64,000 nt of DNA from assembly GCA_964016885.1 (NCBI GenBank), contig OZ024740.1, forward strand, positions 190,402,001 to 190,466,000, in the 5' to 3' direction. The stretch comes from Eledone cirrhosa. Lineage: Eukaryota. This document shows, piece by piece, positions 14,328 through 28,205 of this stretch. Each line of letters opens with the position of its first letter. Position 1 is the first letter of the stretch. The notes beneath the pieces are model-generated. The model searched no databases, had not been told where the DNA came from, and saw only the letters and a list, made by a program, of their open reading frames with translations. The translations under genes and the position numbers were made by a program.

Positions 14328-15269
14328 GGGTGCAGTTTTGGTGAAAAGGATGATTCCACCGCATGTTGCTGATGGCAATACGCCGATTATAACAATCCCG
14401 ATATTAATGACCACGACTAATTTAATAAGAGTAAATGTAATGGTTATAGTTATAATAAAGAGGTAAATGATGACGATAATAACGACGATGATATAAATTC
14501 TAATGAGGAAAAATAAATTATAACCTTGTGTAACAACAAACACACTAAAGCATATTGATATAAATGATCTATCCTTTCTTTTTGTATTTTTTGAAAGCGG
14601 GACATTCTCCTCTAAAAGACAAATATAATATGCCATTTATGTACCGTATATGATGTAATCATTGTTACGTATGTTTTTTTGTTTTTACTATAGGGACATT
14701 GAAAACTATTTTCTGCTCCCCTTCCTAATGTTGTTAGTGACAAAAACGTAACGAAGCTGTGATTCTAGGGGATCGAAACGAAATAGTTAATTCAGATCAC
14801 TCTCAGATAGGACATTCCAAACATTACGACACTCGTTTACGTAGTTTCTCTATACAAGTTTTCAAACCAGACGTAAATACAACAATACAGAAACTGACAG
14901 TGATGTGTTTAAATTAATATTGTAAGAAAAATAAACATAACAAGACATTGTTATTATGTGACAACTCTAATGGTTTAGCGCGGACTCAACTACAAACAAC
15001 ATGATTTTTTTCCATCCACTTTTCTTTGATATAAAAATGACCAAACTATTGAAACGAACCTAATAGCAAGAACTATTTCAACATTTGATGTTTACTAGCA
15101 GCAAAACACTAAATCAACTAACAGATGGTTTCGTTTATTATCATCCGTTCTAACACTAGATCACAATATTCGGTTTCTCTCTTACTATACACCACACTAT
15201 ATCTCTATAAATCAATCTCTCATTCATTTGTAGCTATATAAACTATCATTCAATATGTATTTTGCTATC

Positions 15270-15302
<33 letters not shown>

Positions 15303-15308
<6 letters not shown>

Positions 15309-16160
15309 AACGTAAAATAAGAAAATTATAGTAATTAGCTTACTTACTTAAATTTCACTCCAACTAAAAGACAGTAGCCAAGCTGTAACTATGAACTATA
15401 GTAGCAATTTTGGCAAATATTTGCTCAACAAAATAATTTGGAAATAATTATAAAGAATTAGTATATCTACCAACATATATATACAGATGTATACCTATGC
15501 AAGCAAATATATAGGTTCTGTCTTAGTAACTTTGTGGTTCAATGCAAGGGGATGCAGAACAATTATATGAAAAACGTAAAATAAGAAAATGATAGTAATT
15601 AGCTTACTTACTTAAATTTCACTCCAACTAATTAGTTGCTAATTGCTTTTGTTGAGCAAAAATTTGCCAAAATTACTACTATAGTTCATAGTAACAGCTT
15701 GGCTACTCTCTTTTTAACACCCCACTCGTCACTGATTAACCTCGATGTCAGGTGATTGATTCTTTTGAATTTGCCACCGAACAAGATGGTAGTGATTTTT
15801 TCAGTGTTTTGGAATTTAGTCCCCGCTTGCTCTTTTCCATCCACTGAATTATTTTTGCATAAGTTACCTGTGTCAGCGCATCGCCAGGTATCTTAGCTGA
15901 GAATGACTCCCTGATGAAGAAAAGGTTTCTCCATGGTCTCCATGTTAGACTATGTATCTTCCCTTTCAGAAACTAATTAGTTGTAGTGAAATTTAAGTAC
16001 GTAATCTAATTACTATCATTTTCTTATTTTACGTTTTTCATATAATTTTTCTGCATCCCCTTGCATTTAACCACAAAGTTACTAAGACAAAACCTATATA
16101 TTTGCTTGCATAAGTATACATCTGTATATATATATATTGATAAATATACTAATTCTTCAT
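15303..16160 (+). repeat. Diverged family B copy with inverted 5' part; HHR at 15906-15988
   Basis: ACTCC-CTGATGA-AGAAAAGG...CCCTTTCA-GAAAC-TAATTA-GTT; 15303-15637 is the reverse complement of parts of 15650-16160. Confidence 0.8.
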
Positions 16161-16181
16161 ATATATATATATTATATATTC

Positions 16182-16212
<31 letters not shown>

Positions 16213-16214
16213 GC

Positions 16215-16550
16215 TGAGATAGCGAAATAGTCGATTTTCTCGATTTAGGATTTACAGAAACCTAGCGGAGATATTATATATTATATGTGATGTATATTTT
16301 ATGGTATATATCATATTTTGTTTATGATGTCGACGCGACGATCCAGGTTAGTAAAATTCTATCCTGAGTTCAGTTTTTTTTCGTCGCAATGGTCCCTGCG
16401 ACCCGACTATCAGTCGCTGTCTTCAATTTGCAAAGCTGTCTAAACGTAATGTTATAACTCCTGGGTAATATACCTATTGAGTGCTTAGCTGCACTCCGAG
16501 ATTGCATTCGTTAGCTTGTCTGCAACCAGAGCTTCGATGATGCTGTACTG

Positions 16551-16552
<2 letters not shown>
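16215..16552 (+). repeat. Divergent member (subfamily G) of the ~600-nt unit superfamily; opposite-strand partial copy at 17503-17680
   Basis: Shares GATTTAGGATTTACAGAAACC and TATTGAGTGC blocks with subfamilies E and F. Confidence 0.6.
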
Positions 16553-16621
<69 letters not shown>

Positions 16622-16807
16622 ACCAATGAAATGTGGTAAGGAACCAGGTGGACCATAACGCACCAAAGTACTCAATACTTAGTGTAATGTATGTATGTGT
16701 GATTGTGTGTGTGTTTGTGTGTGCTCGTGCGTGTGTGCGTGCGTTCTCTTCCGACATTAATACAGGATCAAGTTTCACTTTCATCCAATCGAACTCTATA
16801 AAATAAT

Positions 16808-16902
16808 TGTTTCTACTTTTTGGCACAAGGCCAGCAATTACCCAGGAACATTACTGGTACTTTATGTTATCGACCCCGTAAGGATGAAAGGTAAAGTTAA
16901 AC
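16808..16902 (-). mobile_element. 5'-truncated SINE with target-site duplication
   Basis: SINE core and tail on the minus strand; TCGAACTCTATAAAATAAT repeated at 16789-16807 and 16903-16921. Confidence 0.85.
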
Positions 16903-17816
16903 TCGAACTCTATAAAATAATGAGCATTGTTATATAGAAGATGAAACTCTCCATTATTGCCAAGAGGAAATTAACTTGCTTTCTCTAGAGCAATATTATA
17001 TATATATTTATAATTATATAAACCTTTGAATTGTATCTCGATAAATTTACATCGTATTTGTTGCAATTTCTTCTGCACATAAATCGTCATAAATCCATGT
17101 CCAACTTTTACTTGTCTCTGACAAACGTTCTCTGTGATCTGTGTATGTATCGGACATTAAACTATTGCATATAGATAGGTATGTCAAAACATGAACCTTA
17201 ATTCAATGTATATAAATATCTCTATATTTCAAAAGCTAATAAATTCAAAATTTAAACAAATGTTCGTTCTAGTCCGCTCCGGTTGTTAATATTAGCAGTA
17301 AACGCTGCTAGTAGTCACATGGCTTTCCCGGTTTTGGCGTTCAAATTCAAAATTTGAACAAAGTAATACATTACTTTACACAAACCGAATAAAACTCTCA
17401 ACTAGATGTTATTAAACAAACATAAACAATTAACCAATCAATAGAATTGTCTAATTAAATTAATCAATTAATCATTAAGTCTAGGAGATAATAATACAAA
17501 AATTAGTACAGCATAATCGAAGCTCTATCTGCAGCTAAGCTAATGAATGCAATCGAGGTATGCAGCTAAGCACTCAATAAGGAATATTACCTTAGACTTA
17601 TAACATTACGTTTAGACAGCGAGCGATAGGGGAGCCGCAGTGACCAAAGCAACGAAAAAGACTGAACTCAGGAAAATATGAAAATATATATAAATACAAA
17701 TATTTGAGGGCAACAGACTGAGGTGAAAGCAGCTAGTTGTTCACTCGTCCTCTTTGTCTTTGGTCATGATATTCGGACCCAGGGATTTTATCTGTTATAT
17801 TCCTTTGTTATATTTC

Positions 17817-17875
17817 GAATATTTGATGATATCACCGGATTCATACGGCACCCGGTCACTGAAATAATCATAGTA
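17817..17875 (+). ncRNA. Degenerate type I hammerhead motif (family K)
   Basis: ATAT-TTGATGA-TATCACCGG...CCGGTCACT-GAAAT-AATC-ATA-GTAT; C3 mutated to T. Confidence 0.45.
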
Positions 17876-17919
17876 TAATAAACCTTTCAAGCATTTACAC
17901 CAGTCCAGCCTCCTGTTAT

Positions 17920-17978
<59 letters not shown>

Positions 17979-17995
17979 ATATATATATATATATC

Positions 17996-18102
<107 letters not shown>

Positions 18103-18369
18103 GTATATAAGATGTGAGAAAAACCACAGACCCTCCATCTCAACTCTACTTTTGAAAAGCAGAAGAACTGCGAAACCGGTAAAGGAACCAAATAAATATA
18201 TATATATATTTTTTTTTTAAATAAGACTCCAGTTGCATTTTCGATTCCATCTCTTTTTCTTTATGTATATATATATGAAAATATATGGTATTTCTATTAA
18301 ATATGTTATATGTATGTGCGGAAGGGTGCACCCACCGATTATTTGCTTAAACTTTAATCTGTTATTTAA

Positions 18370-18440
<71 letters not shown>

Positions 18441-18444
18441 CATA

Positions 18445-20320
18445 TTTATTAAAATAACAGATTAAATGTTAAGCAAATAATCGCTGCTTGCACCCTTTAG
18501 CACATAAATATAATAACATTTTCTATAGAAATACCATATCCTTTCCTATGTATATATATATTTATTAAAATAACAGATTAAACTTTAAGGAAATAATCGC
18601 TGCTTTCACCCTTCAGCACATAAATATAATAATATTTTTAATAGAAATACCATTGAAATGTCTTACTCTACGACTCCTAAACTTGCACATAACATCAAGC
18701 TTCAAATTTAGCTAAATTTCCTACCCGTAGGAACATGTGCAACCCTGTAGGTAGTACTAACTATAATTGTAGGAATAGGGTTAACTGCCCCCTATCAGGG
18801 AAATGCCTCTGTAGCAACATTGTCTACAAGTGTAACGTTGAAACACACACGTCCTGTTGGGCCTACATAGAGTTAACCGCCAATTGATTCAAGCAGCGTC
18901 TTTAAATGCATACCCATTCTTTTCTTAAGGCTTTAAGAAGGAATATCACGTCACTTTCAGCTTATATCTGGAGTTCAAAAGACAACCACACCCAATATAG
19001 TTTACATTGGGAGATCCTAACTTGGGCTAGATCGTATAACGGAAATAAAAGACCATGCGACATCTGCGCCGCTGAAGCCCTGGAAATACTCTACGCCAAT
19101 ACATCTTTAAAAAAAATATCTGAGGCAGTTGCGGCTTGTAAACATAAATTGCACAATACTTTCCTGTATTTCAGCCCCACATTATACCCTAACAGATAGG
19201 ACGAACAATGCGCGGATAATTTACGTCTTGATGTGGTAGCTAAGTATATTTGATGTTTATCCCATTACCTGTTTGTATAGGTAAGGATATATTACCTGTA
19301 TGTTTTGTGTTGGTACGTATACTTTCTCGTACGTATATTTGTTTGTATTTGTTATAGGCGTATATATCATATTATATATACTGGTACATGTGTATATATG
19401 GTTATGTGCATACGTGCATTTTGCGTTTGTATTTGTATGCGGGATAGCACGCATGTAGGGTTTGTGTATATGTGTACTCTGTGTGTTGGTTGACGGACGT
19501 TTAGCGAACATATGTGTTTTGACATATAGGTATGTGTGTGCGCGCGTTATGTACGTATTTATGTGTATATTTATATACGTTTATATAATTATATGTATAC
19601 GCACGCGCACACATACATATATATATATATTTATATTGCTTTATGTGTATCTGGTGTATACGTTCGTATGTGTGCGGGTACAGGCGTTGCGTGGGTCTTT
19701 GTATGTGTGCGCGTGATTTTGTGCACGTGCCATTATTTGGAAACCCATGGCGGTTGTTTTCTCGTATGCATGTGTATGTACGTATATGGATGCCTGCAGT
19801 ATATATTTAATTATTGTTGATTTAAATACCCTCTGTAATTTATTTACATTATTTTCTTAAATCTGAAGCCGAGAAACATTCGGTTTCCTAAATAGAATTT
19901 GTTTGTCTACGACTTCAGTTATACCATAGACGTGGTTTTGTCTTTGCGCTTAATTGTTCTCACCGGTCCACATAATGACGTATTATCTTCCCTGTTTCCG
20001 TTCATTGCCAGGGAACGTCTCCATGAACCTCCTAATAGTATATTAGTCTACGACTTCATTTATACCATAAACGTTGGTTTGTCTGTGAGTGTAATTGTTT
20101 TCAACGCTCCAAATAATGACGTATTATCTTCGATTATTTCGTTCTTTGCCAGGAAACGTCTCCACGAACCAAAGTATCGTCTTTCTGTCTTACTTCGGTA
20201 GCAACGTTTCTTGAAATATTTACTTCCGCGCTTACAGATAGATTTTTTTAGTTTCAGAAGATCCCGTTAAGAGTGAAAGCAGCGATTCTTTGCTTAAACT
20301 TTAATATGTTATTTTAATAA
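18445..20320 (+). mobile_element. 5'-truncated PLE with GIY-YIG remnant (18762-19199) and inverted 3'-end copies at 18445-18652
   Basis: YNCRNRVNCPLSGKCLCSNIVYKC...AYIELTAN*FKQRL*MHTHSF...TSLSAYIW...WEIL...CDICAAE...CKH; GTGAAAGCAGCGATT...TTAAACTTTAAT at 20273 is inverted at 18560-18610; 142-bp tandem at 19905/20047. Confidence 0.85.
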
Positions 20321-21138
20321 TTATCTGCCACGGTTCTTATATATTTGATATATATTTATCCTTATCTAGCCCTCTTTGGATTTTCGTCTTCAAATTTATT
20401 ATCATTACTATATATATATATATATATATATATACATGGAGAGAAGGAAACTTATATATATATATATATATATATATGCGTGTGTGTGTGAGTGGGTGTG
20501 TGTGTGTGTATGTGTTTCCTTCTCAAAAAATGTTTTAAACGTTCATATTTATACAATTGTTTATATATAAGTATATGTATATGGATGCATAGTTTTCTTG
20601 TGGGAAATTGTTATAAGTCTGTTATCATGTCTAATTATATGTCCTAACAAATAGCTATTCGTTTAAAAGCCTATGAAAATTCATGTTCGTACTTCTCGTT
20701 TTGGTCCTTATTAAAACTAGCAGAAAACCCGCGCTTCAGGTGGTTTTGTGCTAGTATGTGTAGTGTCCATATTGATATTATAAGCAAACATATATGCATT
20801 TCGATATAATACATACGTCAAATGAAATCGTAATTGAGAATATGCACAGAAATTGAACAGAGACTGTGCTACACACTCTTCTGCAATCAGTAAATAATAC
20901 ATAATACATTTAAAAAAGACGATATTATATATAAACTGCATTAGGATAAAATTAGTGTCATATATATATAAACGTTTATATTAGCGATGTAATGAGCGTT
21001 ATAATATAACGGCGCTAATCGGAAGTGTTCATATTTGAAAATTTAAAACATGTGAATCTTGAACTAAGCATTAACATTAGTTATATTCAATCAAGTGTTG
21101 CGAAATTTAGTACATACATTATGTAATATCCATTCATT

Positions 21139-21330
21139 GGTGAATTGGCAGTATCGGTAGAGGGTCGGACGCTATGCTTTGACGCATAGAGTTACGGCCC
21201 TTGCCATTCTGAGTTCAAATCCCGCCGAGGTTAACTTTGTCTTTCATCCTTACAGGGTCCATAAAATCAAGTACCAGTAATGTACTGGGTAATTGCTGGT
21301 CTTGTGCCAATAGTAGAAACAATTATTTAT
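21139..21330 (+). mobile_element. Near full-length tRNA-derived SINE
   Basis: A-box-like TGGCAGTATCGG, B-box-like GAGTTCAAATCCC, core TTTCATCCTT..GGGTC.ATAAAAT.AAGTACCAG, (ATT)-type tail. Confidence 0.85.
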
Positions 21331-23723
21331 TCTAAGTAATCCAACTTATTTTACAAACGCAGTCCCGCTTTCCTCCATTTATTATAGTATGATGTAAACA
21401 TTTATGCGAAATGATCCCAAGAGGTAATTTGTTTCTTATATGTTTTATTAAGTGTGATGATTTTACTTATGATATGGTTGCTTGTCGTGACAGAAGTGTT
21501 GTTTGAATGTTTTTCGAAGTTTTGTATGTCCTCAGTAAATAGGTCAGAGCCACAATTAATCATGACAGGCCAACAAAGTAAAACAAACTAATAAATTTGA
21601 CATTTTTATTTGTTTCATTGTGTGCAACTATACAATGTACAAATAGCACACAAAAGATTACGTGCAGGATTCGATAAAACAAGGAGTGTCAAATTAAGCG
21701 ATTGATAAATATAGTTGTCACTGATAAATGCAATTCGGTGTGGTACGTGGTGTTTGTAAGATAATATGTTAATACGGAGACATTGGTTGAGATAAAATGT
21801 TGCCTTGTGCAAAGCAGATATACTAGCCTGAAGTTAAAAGATGCTGCCTTGTGCTAAGCAGATTACTAGCCTGTGTATACTGGCATGCCTGTAGAAGCTT
21901 CCTAAGGACAAGCAGGAGTGAGCTGTCAACTGCCTCGGTGATAAGCAAATAAGAGATAAAGTTGAAACCAGCTTGATTTGGTTTCAAAACCTCGGGGTTT
22001 AATAATAGATTATATCTGATTGTGACGGTATAGCAAATGTTATTGGTGAATATTTCATATCCGCTGCTTCACCAGTAATAATTTCTCTACATTTCTTCAT
22101 TAGCCAACATTCAAGGAAAATATGCAAAAAGAAAAAAAGGAATAAGTAGCAAATGAGAGTGCTGCTCGTGTTTGGTTTTAGATATGTGGCATCGAAATGT
22201 TTGTTAGCTGAACACATTCTGAGTGTGGTGATTGCTCTGCATAATTATAGCCGATCTGAATGAGTCTCAGTGTCTCGACAGCGAAATCATTTTGGATTAG
22301 GTCTGCCATAGCCAATTTAGTGGTTATATGGTTAGGCGTTGTGATTGAGATGTTAGTGAAATATTGTTAAATGTTTTGCCGTGTGCTATTGTAACAGACA
22401 AATACCACGATAAATCAGCCCTGACCAAAGATATAAACTAAACTGTTATTTTTTTATGTTTCTATTAGTTTCGTTGTGTGCGACGACACCATGTGCGAAA
22501 TATGTCACTAGAAGAATACGTGCAATGATTGATATAACTTACAGTAACTAGTCAGCTGATTGCTCGCTGTAGTTGTTATTGATGAAAGCATGTTGTTGTG
22601 ATATATAGGATCTATGAGTTGACGGAATAATGCGGAAAATATGGTTGTGATAAGTTGTTGCCTTCTGCAAACCATATTTACTAGCCTGAGTATACTGATC
22701 AACTGTAGGATTATCTTAAGGATAACCGATTAGTAACAGTCAGGCATCAGCTGTTAACTACCCTAGTGACAAGCAGAGAAACAAGTCGAAGCCAGTTTGA
22801 CATATATACGCATAACCGTGGAAATACCTGGGATTTCATGATAGATATTTCCGAATAGGATGATAGTTAATTTTATTGATCTACGTTTCATATAGGCAGA
22901 TTTATTTATAAGCATTGTCCTACACATATATAAATGAGCGAGTGAGGGTAGAAAATATTTTACTCCTTTTTACTTAAATTACATTCATGTCAATATATCG
23001 ATATTTCGTACGCCGCTTCATAAATATCGTAAACAACTAACACAAAATAAGTTTCCAATCAATTATGGCCTAACCTAACAACGTGACGTAAGGAATAAGG
23101 TATATTAACGTTGTCAACTATCACACACAATAGACGTATTTTAAGACAAAAAAAAAACAAGAGATAAATCTAACACGCTCTCTTTCTCACGAATAATTCA
23201 AGAGTAACAGTAATTTAGTGCAATGAAATTAATGGCAAAATATCCTGTTTCGAATTCATTCATATTCAGTCGAGCTATTATTGGTAACTTGTGAAATCTA
23301 ATTATTTCCTCGAGATCCCAGCAAGACAAATTTTTAAAACAATTATTTTCTATTTTGATAGAAAAATGTGTTATGAAGCATTGTGTATTTAAAATCTCTA
23401 CGTGGAAATCAGATGTATATTCATATTTAAAATAAATGGCATTCATTTCCATATATCTTTATATATGAAAAAGGCAGCATCTATGTTATATTAACAAAAC
23501 AAAAAATTACCTTTAATAGTAACCTATCACATCTACACATATTTGAGACATGCAATATTTCATGGGGCATTTAATCATAAATAAATGCAACCCGCACAGT
23601 CTTATCCGAGTTAATAAGGAAATAATTAAAAAAATACAAAGAAAACTCGGATGTTAACAAATTCATACAAGTCTCCAAATCGCCAACTGTCTCCAAGTAC
23701 TAAACACCAATGCTTCTATACTA

Positions 23724-23821
<98 letters not shown>

Positions 23822-23822
23822 C

Positions 23823-23903
<81 letters not shown>

Positions 23904-24285
23904 AAACATGTATAGCCACATCAACAGCATCCTAATCAAGGTTTGGCACAACTTATATATATATATATAAAAATATATGGAAATGATTGATGATTTATAT
24001 TAGTGGCTGCTACAGCAAAAAACTTGAGGTAACGCATAGTAAATCAATTAGAAATGGGTAAGGAGAACTTTTAACAAAGGGATTCACATTTTTGATATTA
24101 TTGCAAATATTGTTGTGATTATTTAATATTAAATATGAAATATATCATTCCTAACTACGTATACAAAGACAAATGCAATTAATATTGTACACCAAAAAAT
24201 ATGAATCGATCAGGCAAAATTGTATTCGAAATAAAATTCATGTGCGCATTCTTAATTAAATTCTGTTGGTTTTGATATCGACAGC

Positions 24286-24374
<89 letters not shown>

Positions 24375-26786
24375 CCGCACACATACAATACACACACATA
24401 CACACACACGCACACACACGCACACACACACGCGCACATATATATATATATATGTATATATATAGAGAGAGATCGAGATCGAGAGAGAGACAATTGTCTT
24501 TAATCATAATATACGCGACACCTCAATTTCCATAAACTATTAAGCTGACATCACCTGCCACTTAACAAATGTGTTTCTAATCCATTTACATGTCGACACT
24601 ACTATCCACTCTTAATTGTTTACCCTTTGGAATTCATTTATAAAAGAAGAACTATTCAAATACCCACGTTCCTTTTAATATGACAGAAATGACGATTTGA
24701 GAGGCTTTATTTAGATATTCCTTGGGAAACAGGTATATTCTGAAAATATGCTACTGATGTAATAACATATCTCATATTTATGGATGTATATATATATAAA
24801 GTGAAGTTGGGCGTTGATTGTTTGTTTGTTTGGTGTCCCGAACTTGCAGGCTACACCGTTCATCCAATTTTCATGAAACTTGAGACATATATAAACTCGA
24901 CACGTACATTGGAATAGACTACTTGAAATAATCGAAAAATCGATAATCGGGCCCCCAGAAGCCCAAAATCGATATTTTAAAAAATCGTCTGATTTCGATG
25001 AAATTCAACGCAAGTGTGTAATTTGATCCAGGAATGAACCTGGGCTACATTAAAATTTCTAAAATTCGATAATTTGATCACCAGAGCTAAAAACCGATAT
25101 TTACGAAATTTGTCCGATTTCAATGAAATTTGACGTAGGTATGTATTTTGAAGCGGGGATTAGCGTGAGGTACTTGACATTTTCAAAAATCGATAATCGG
25201 ATCCCCAGAGGCAGAAATTGATATTTTCAGAATTCGTCCGATTTCAATGAAATTTGATATTACCACAATAATAGATCCATTAGGAGTTACTCCAAGGCTG
25301 CAAACATTCAGAAAGTTTTTTTAAACTCCTGAATCATGTGTTAAATGAGACATTTAAGAGTTAGGGCAGACAATTATTCATAGTTTAATTATCAATGGCG
25401 CAACATTGTGGAAATATGCAAATGTACGCCTTTCTTTATGGGAAAATGGAAGGCTTTAGAAACAGATATTCAGGGTTCTTTGAGTAGAATTCTTAATTCT
25501 TAAATAGTTGTACAGTCAACAAAATATATGACAGAATGTCTTTCATATTTTTTTCAAAAATCTTTCGATTTCAATGAAATTTAATGTGTATGTATTCGAA
25601 CACAAGCACTTTTACTTTACACCTGGTGCAATCAAAATCAATTTCATATTCCCATATAAGCACGCACACACTGTGACTCACGCGCGTTATTGATTGGACG
25701 GCCTGTCTATACCACGAGATGTATATTTTCTCAACGATAGATACACAAACAGGTATGCACGCCCGTGCGAACCGCCTTTTTCTCTTTCTGTGTATCCGCT
25801 TTTTGTGAACAACAATAAATCCGGCCGTCTCACTAAAAGCACCTTTACAGAATTTGCCCACTTACTTATCGGTGAGTTAGTGCTTATTGATTTCAGTTCA
25901 ATTTAATTCATTTTGCGGCCTCCTTAAATTAAAAAATCCCCATTTGGACTAGGGAATTGTCGACATCTTAGCGTTAAACTTTTCATATTCCCCCTTATTC
26001 AAGTGAAAATACAGTATTATCCCTATGTGAAAGGAAACCAAATTTAATGGTATATTTTGTGATGCCAAAAGCTAAAAGCGGTGAGTGAATTTTCAAACAG
26101 TCTTAAATAAACATGCTTTTTGAAAAAAATGTACTAAATAGTACCTTGACCAAGTTGTATTGGACACATACAAAGTTGTAAAAAATGTTACGTACGTACC
26201 AATTTTTTCCTTTTTTAAACAAAAGGTTCTAAAAATTACTTAATTCATAACATTACTGGCACAGCCTTTTGCACAGGAAGTGAGTAGGTTTTCGGATTGT
26301 TAAACTTAAGTTCACTAGGGTTTGTGTCTTTTCCATTTTTTAGCCCACCTCTAATGGCATTGTTTGTTCTGTTTACGATTAAATGTTATGAGCGAATTTG
26401 CAAATTGCTATTGTTCTTTAATTTTTAATTAGTTGTCATAGACCATCTGCATGTAGAGCAATTGATTGCGCACACGTACACACCTGCATGCGGATGAACA
26501 CTGTCAGATAATAAAAAATCGATAATTTGCCTATTAAGACATCGGTCAAAAAGAGAGATCGAATGTACTTTAGAAATTTTTTTTGAATATATTGTTCTTT
26601 TTGGCATATGTCAGAAATATAGCTACTATTCACTTTGGTTATGTTTTGTAACTAAGAAACGGTTCCTTTTGGGTGGATACTTAACGAGAAAGATCCCAGG
26701 GTTTTGGACAAGTTTGTTTCAGGCACTGTATAGACGCCACTTTCGTCACACCTTGGTCATGAATTCGCATTCTTTTCCAATAGATA

Positions 26787-27034
26787 CCGTATTTTCCGCT
26801 CCATAAGACTCACCGTCATATAAGGCGTACCAATTAAAATCAGGTCCGCGCAACGGCGTGTAAGGCAAACCAGGAAAATACTATATTCTTTACTTTTAGT
26901 CTAGATCTATTACTTCTGTTAGAGCCGTGATTGAATACCTTTGTATTAATTATAAATAAGGCTCACCGGAGTATAAAGCGCAGAGCTGTATTTTGATGAA
27001 ACTTTAAGTGCACTTTATAGGCCGGAAAATTCGG
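26787..27034. mobile_element. Tc1/mariner-superfamily (Tc2/pogo-like) MITE nested in the Helitron
   Basis: TA-CCGTATTTTCCG...CGGAAAATTCGG-TA; internal TAAG.C.CACC subrepeats. Confidence 0.8.
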
Positions 27035-27158
27035 TAAGTTATTATAATCATATTTCCAAACCTTCCCATTCACCAGTAACCATGCTAGCGAATCTGGTGT
27101 CACCTCTCTCTCTACTTAATCACCCCTCTCTAACCTAATAGCTTCGTTACACGTCGTT

Positions 27159-28205
27159 ATGCCCACACGGAAACATTCAAGACTTACCCCCCAGAAAAAA
27201 AATACAGCTACTGCTTTGAGACGACGAATTAGGCGTTCTCAGGTATGCGTTCATTCACAATTGGTTAATCCTTTATGCAATATTCTCCCTTAATGTTAAC
27301 AAGCGCTGCGTTTATCCTAACTGTCACCAATGTTAAGCAACTACAACATTCTAATCGTAGTTATATTAAATGTATTGCCTTACCTTGATTCCCTTTTGTT
27401 CATATTACACTTTTGTCATTTACTAATGGCACAGTGCCTTTGGCTTAGCTAACCAGTAGCATTAATTAACCTTCTCTAGGAAACACCTGCTGAGTGCGGA
27501 TCTCGACTCGCTGATAGACGTCTTTCCCGGCTAGTTGAGTCACCAACATCCTGTAGGACAGGGCTTGCTGATGTTCGCCTTCGTCACCAACAAGCGCTTG
27601 CAGAGGAGTCAACAACATCCCGTACGACGCGGCTTGTTGGCGTTCGCCTTCGTCACCAACAAGCGCTTGCAGAGAAGTCACCAACATCCCGTCAGACGAG
27701 GCTTGCTGGGGTTCGCCTTCGTCGCCAACAAGCGGTTGCAGAGTAGTCAACAACATCCCGTCAGACGAGGCTTGCTGGGGTACGCCTTCGTCGCCAACAA
27801 GCGATTGCAGAGTTGTCCACGGCAGACAGAGACAACATGCCTGCTTCTAAGCGTTCTAGGCATACATTAGCTACTGCTGCCAAGAGCTCAGGCTGGGTAA
27901 AAGCAGCCTTCAGATATAACACCTCTGAGAATTACGGACTTCTGCCTACAGTTTCCATTGGCAAAATGGATAATGTCTGTACATCCTGCAAGACAATAAA
28001 GTGGCCAGGCGAGGCGCCTTCTATGAGATGTGGAGGAGGTAAGGTGCAACTAGGGCCATTGGCTAACCTGCCAGACGTTCTTCTGAATCTACTTACAGGT
28101 GACGACACTATGGCTACAACGTTCCGCCGAAACATGTGGAAATACAACTCCTGTTTCATGATGACCTCCTTCGGTGTAGACAATAACAGCACCAACACAG
28201 CGTGA
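27159..28205 (+). pseudogene. Helitron RepHel N-terminus, two exons (27159-27242, 27480-28205), one nonsense codon, truncated
   Basis: MPTRKHSRL...RRSQ/GT..AG/ETPAE; 23-aa repeats ESTTSRQTRLAGVRLRRQQALAE; IGKMDNVCTSCKTIKWPGEAPSMRCGGGKVQL...KYNSCFMMTSFG; TAG at 27744. Confidence 0.85.

Noticed and set aside
14129-14636. Poly-His and poly-Ser ORFs
   Set aside because: Frames of a (GAT)n microsatellite and its decayed flank; no domain content.
21139-21230. tRNA gene (A/B-box-like motifs)
   Set aside because: No cloverleaf, and it continues into the SINE core and tail, so it is a SINE head.
27466-27870. Repeat ORFs 27466-27756 (-) and 27535-27870 (+); CRISPR-like appearance of the 69-bp array
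   Set aside because: Alternative frames of the STPR-coding repeats; units are contiguous with no unique spacers, there are no cas genes and the context is eukaryotic.
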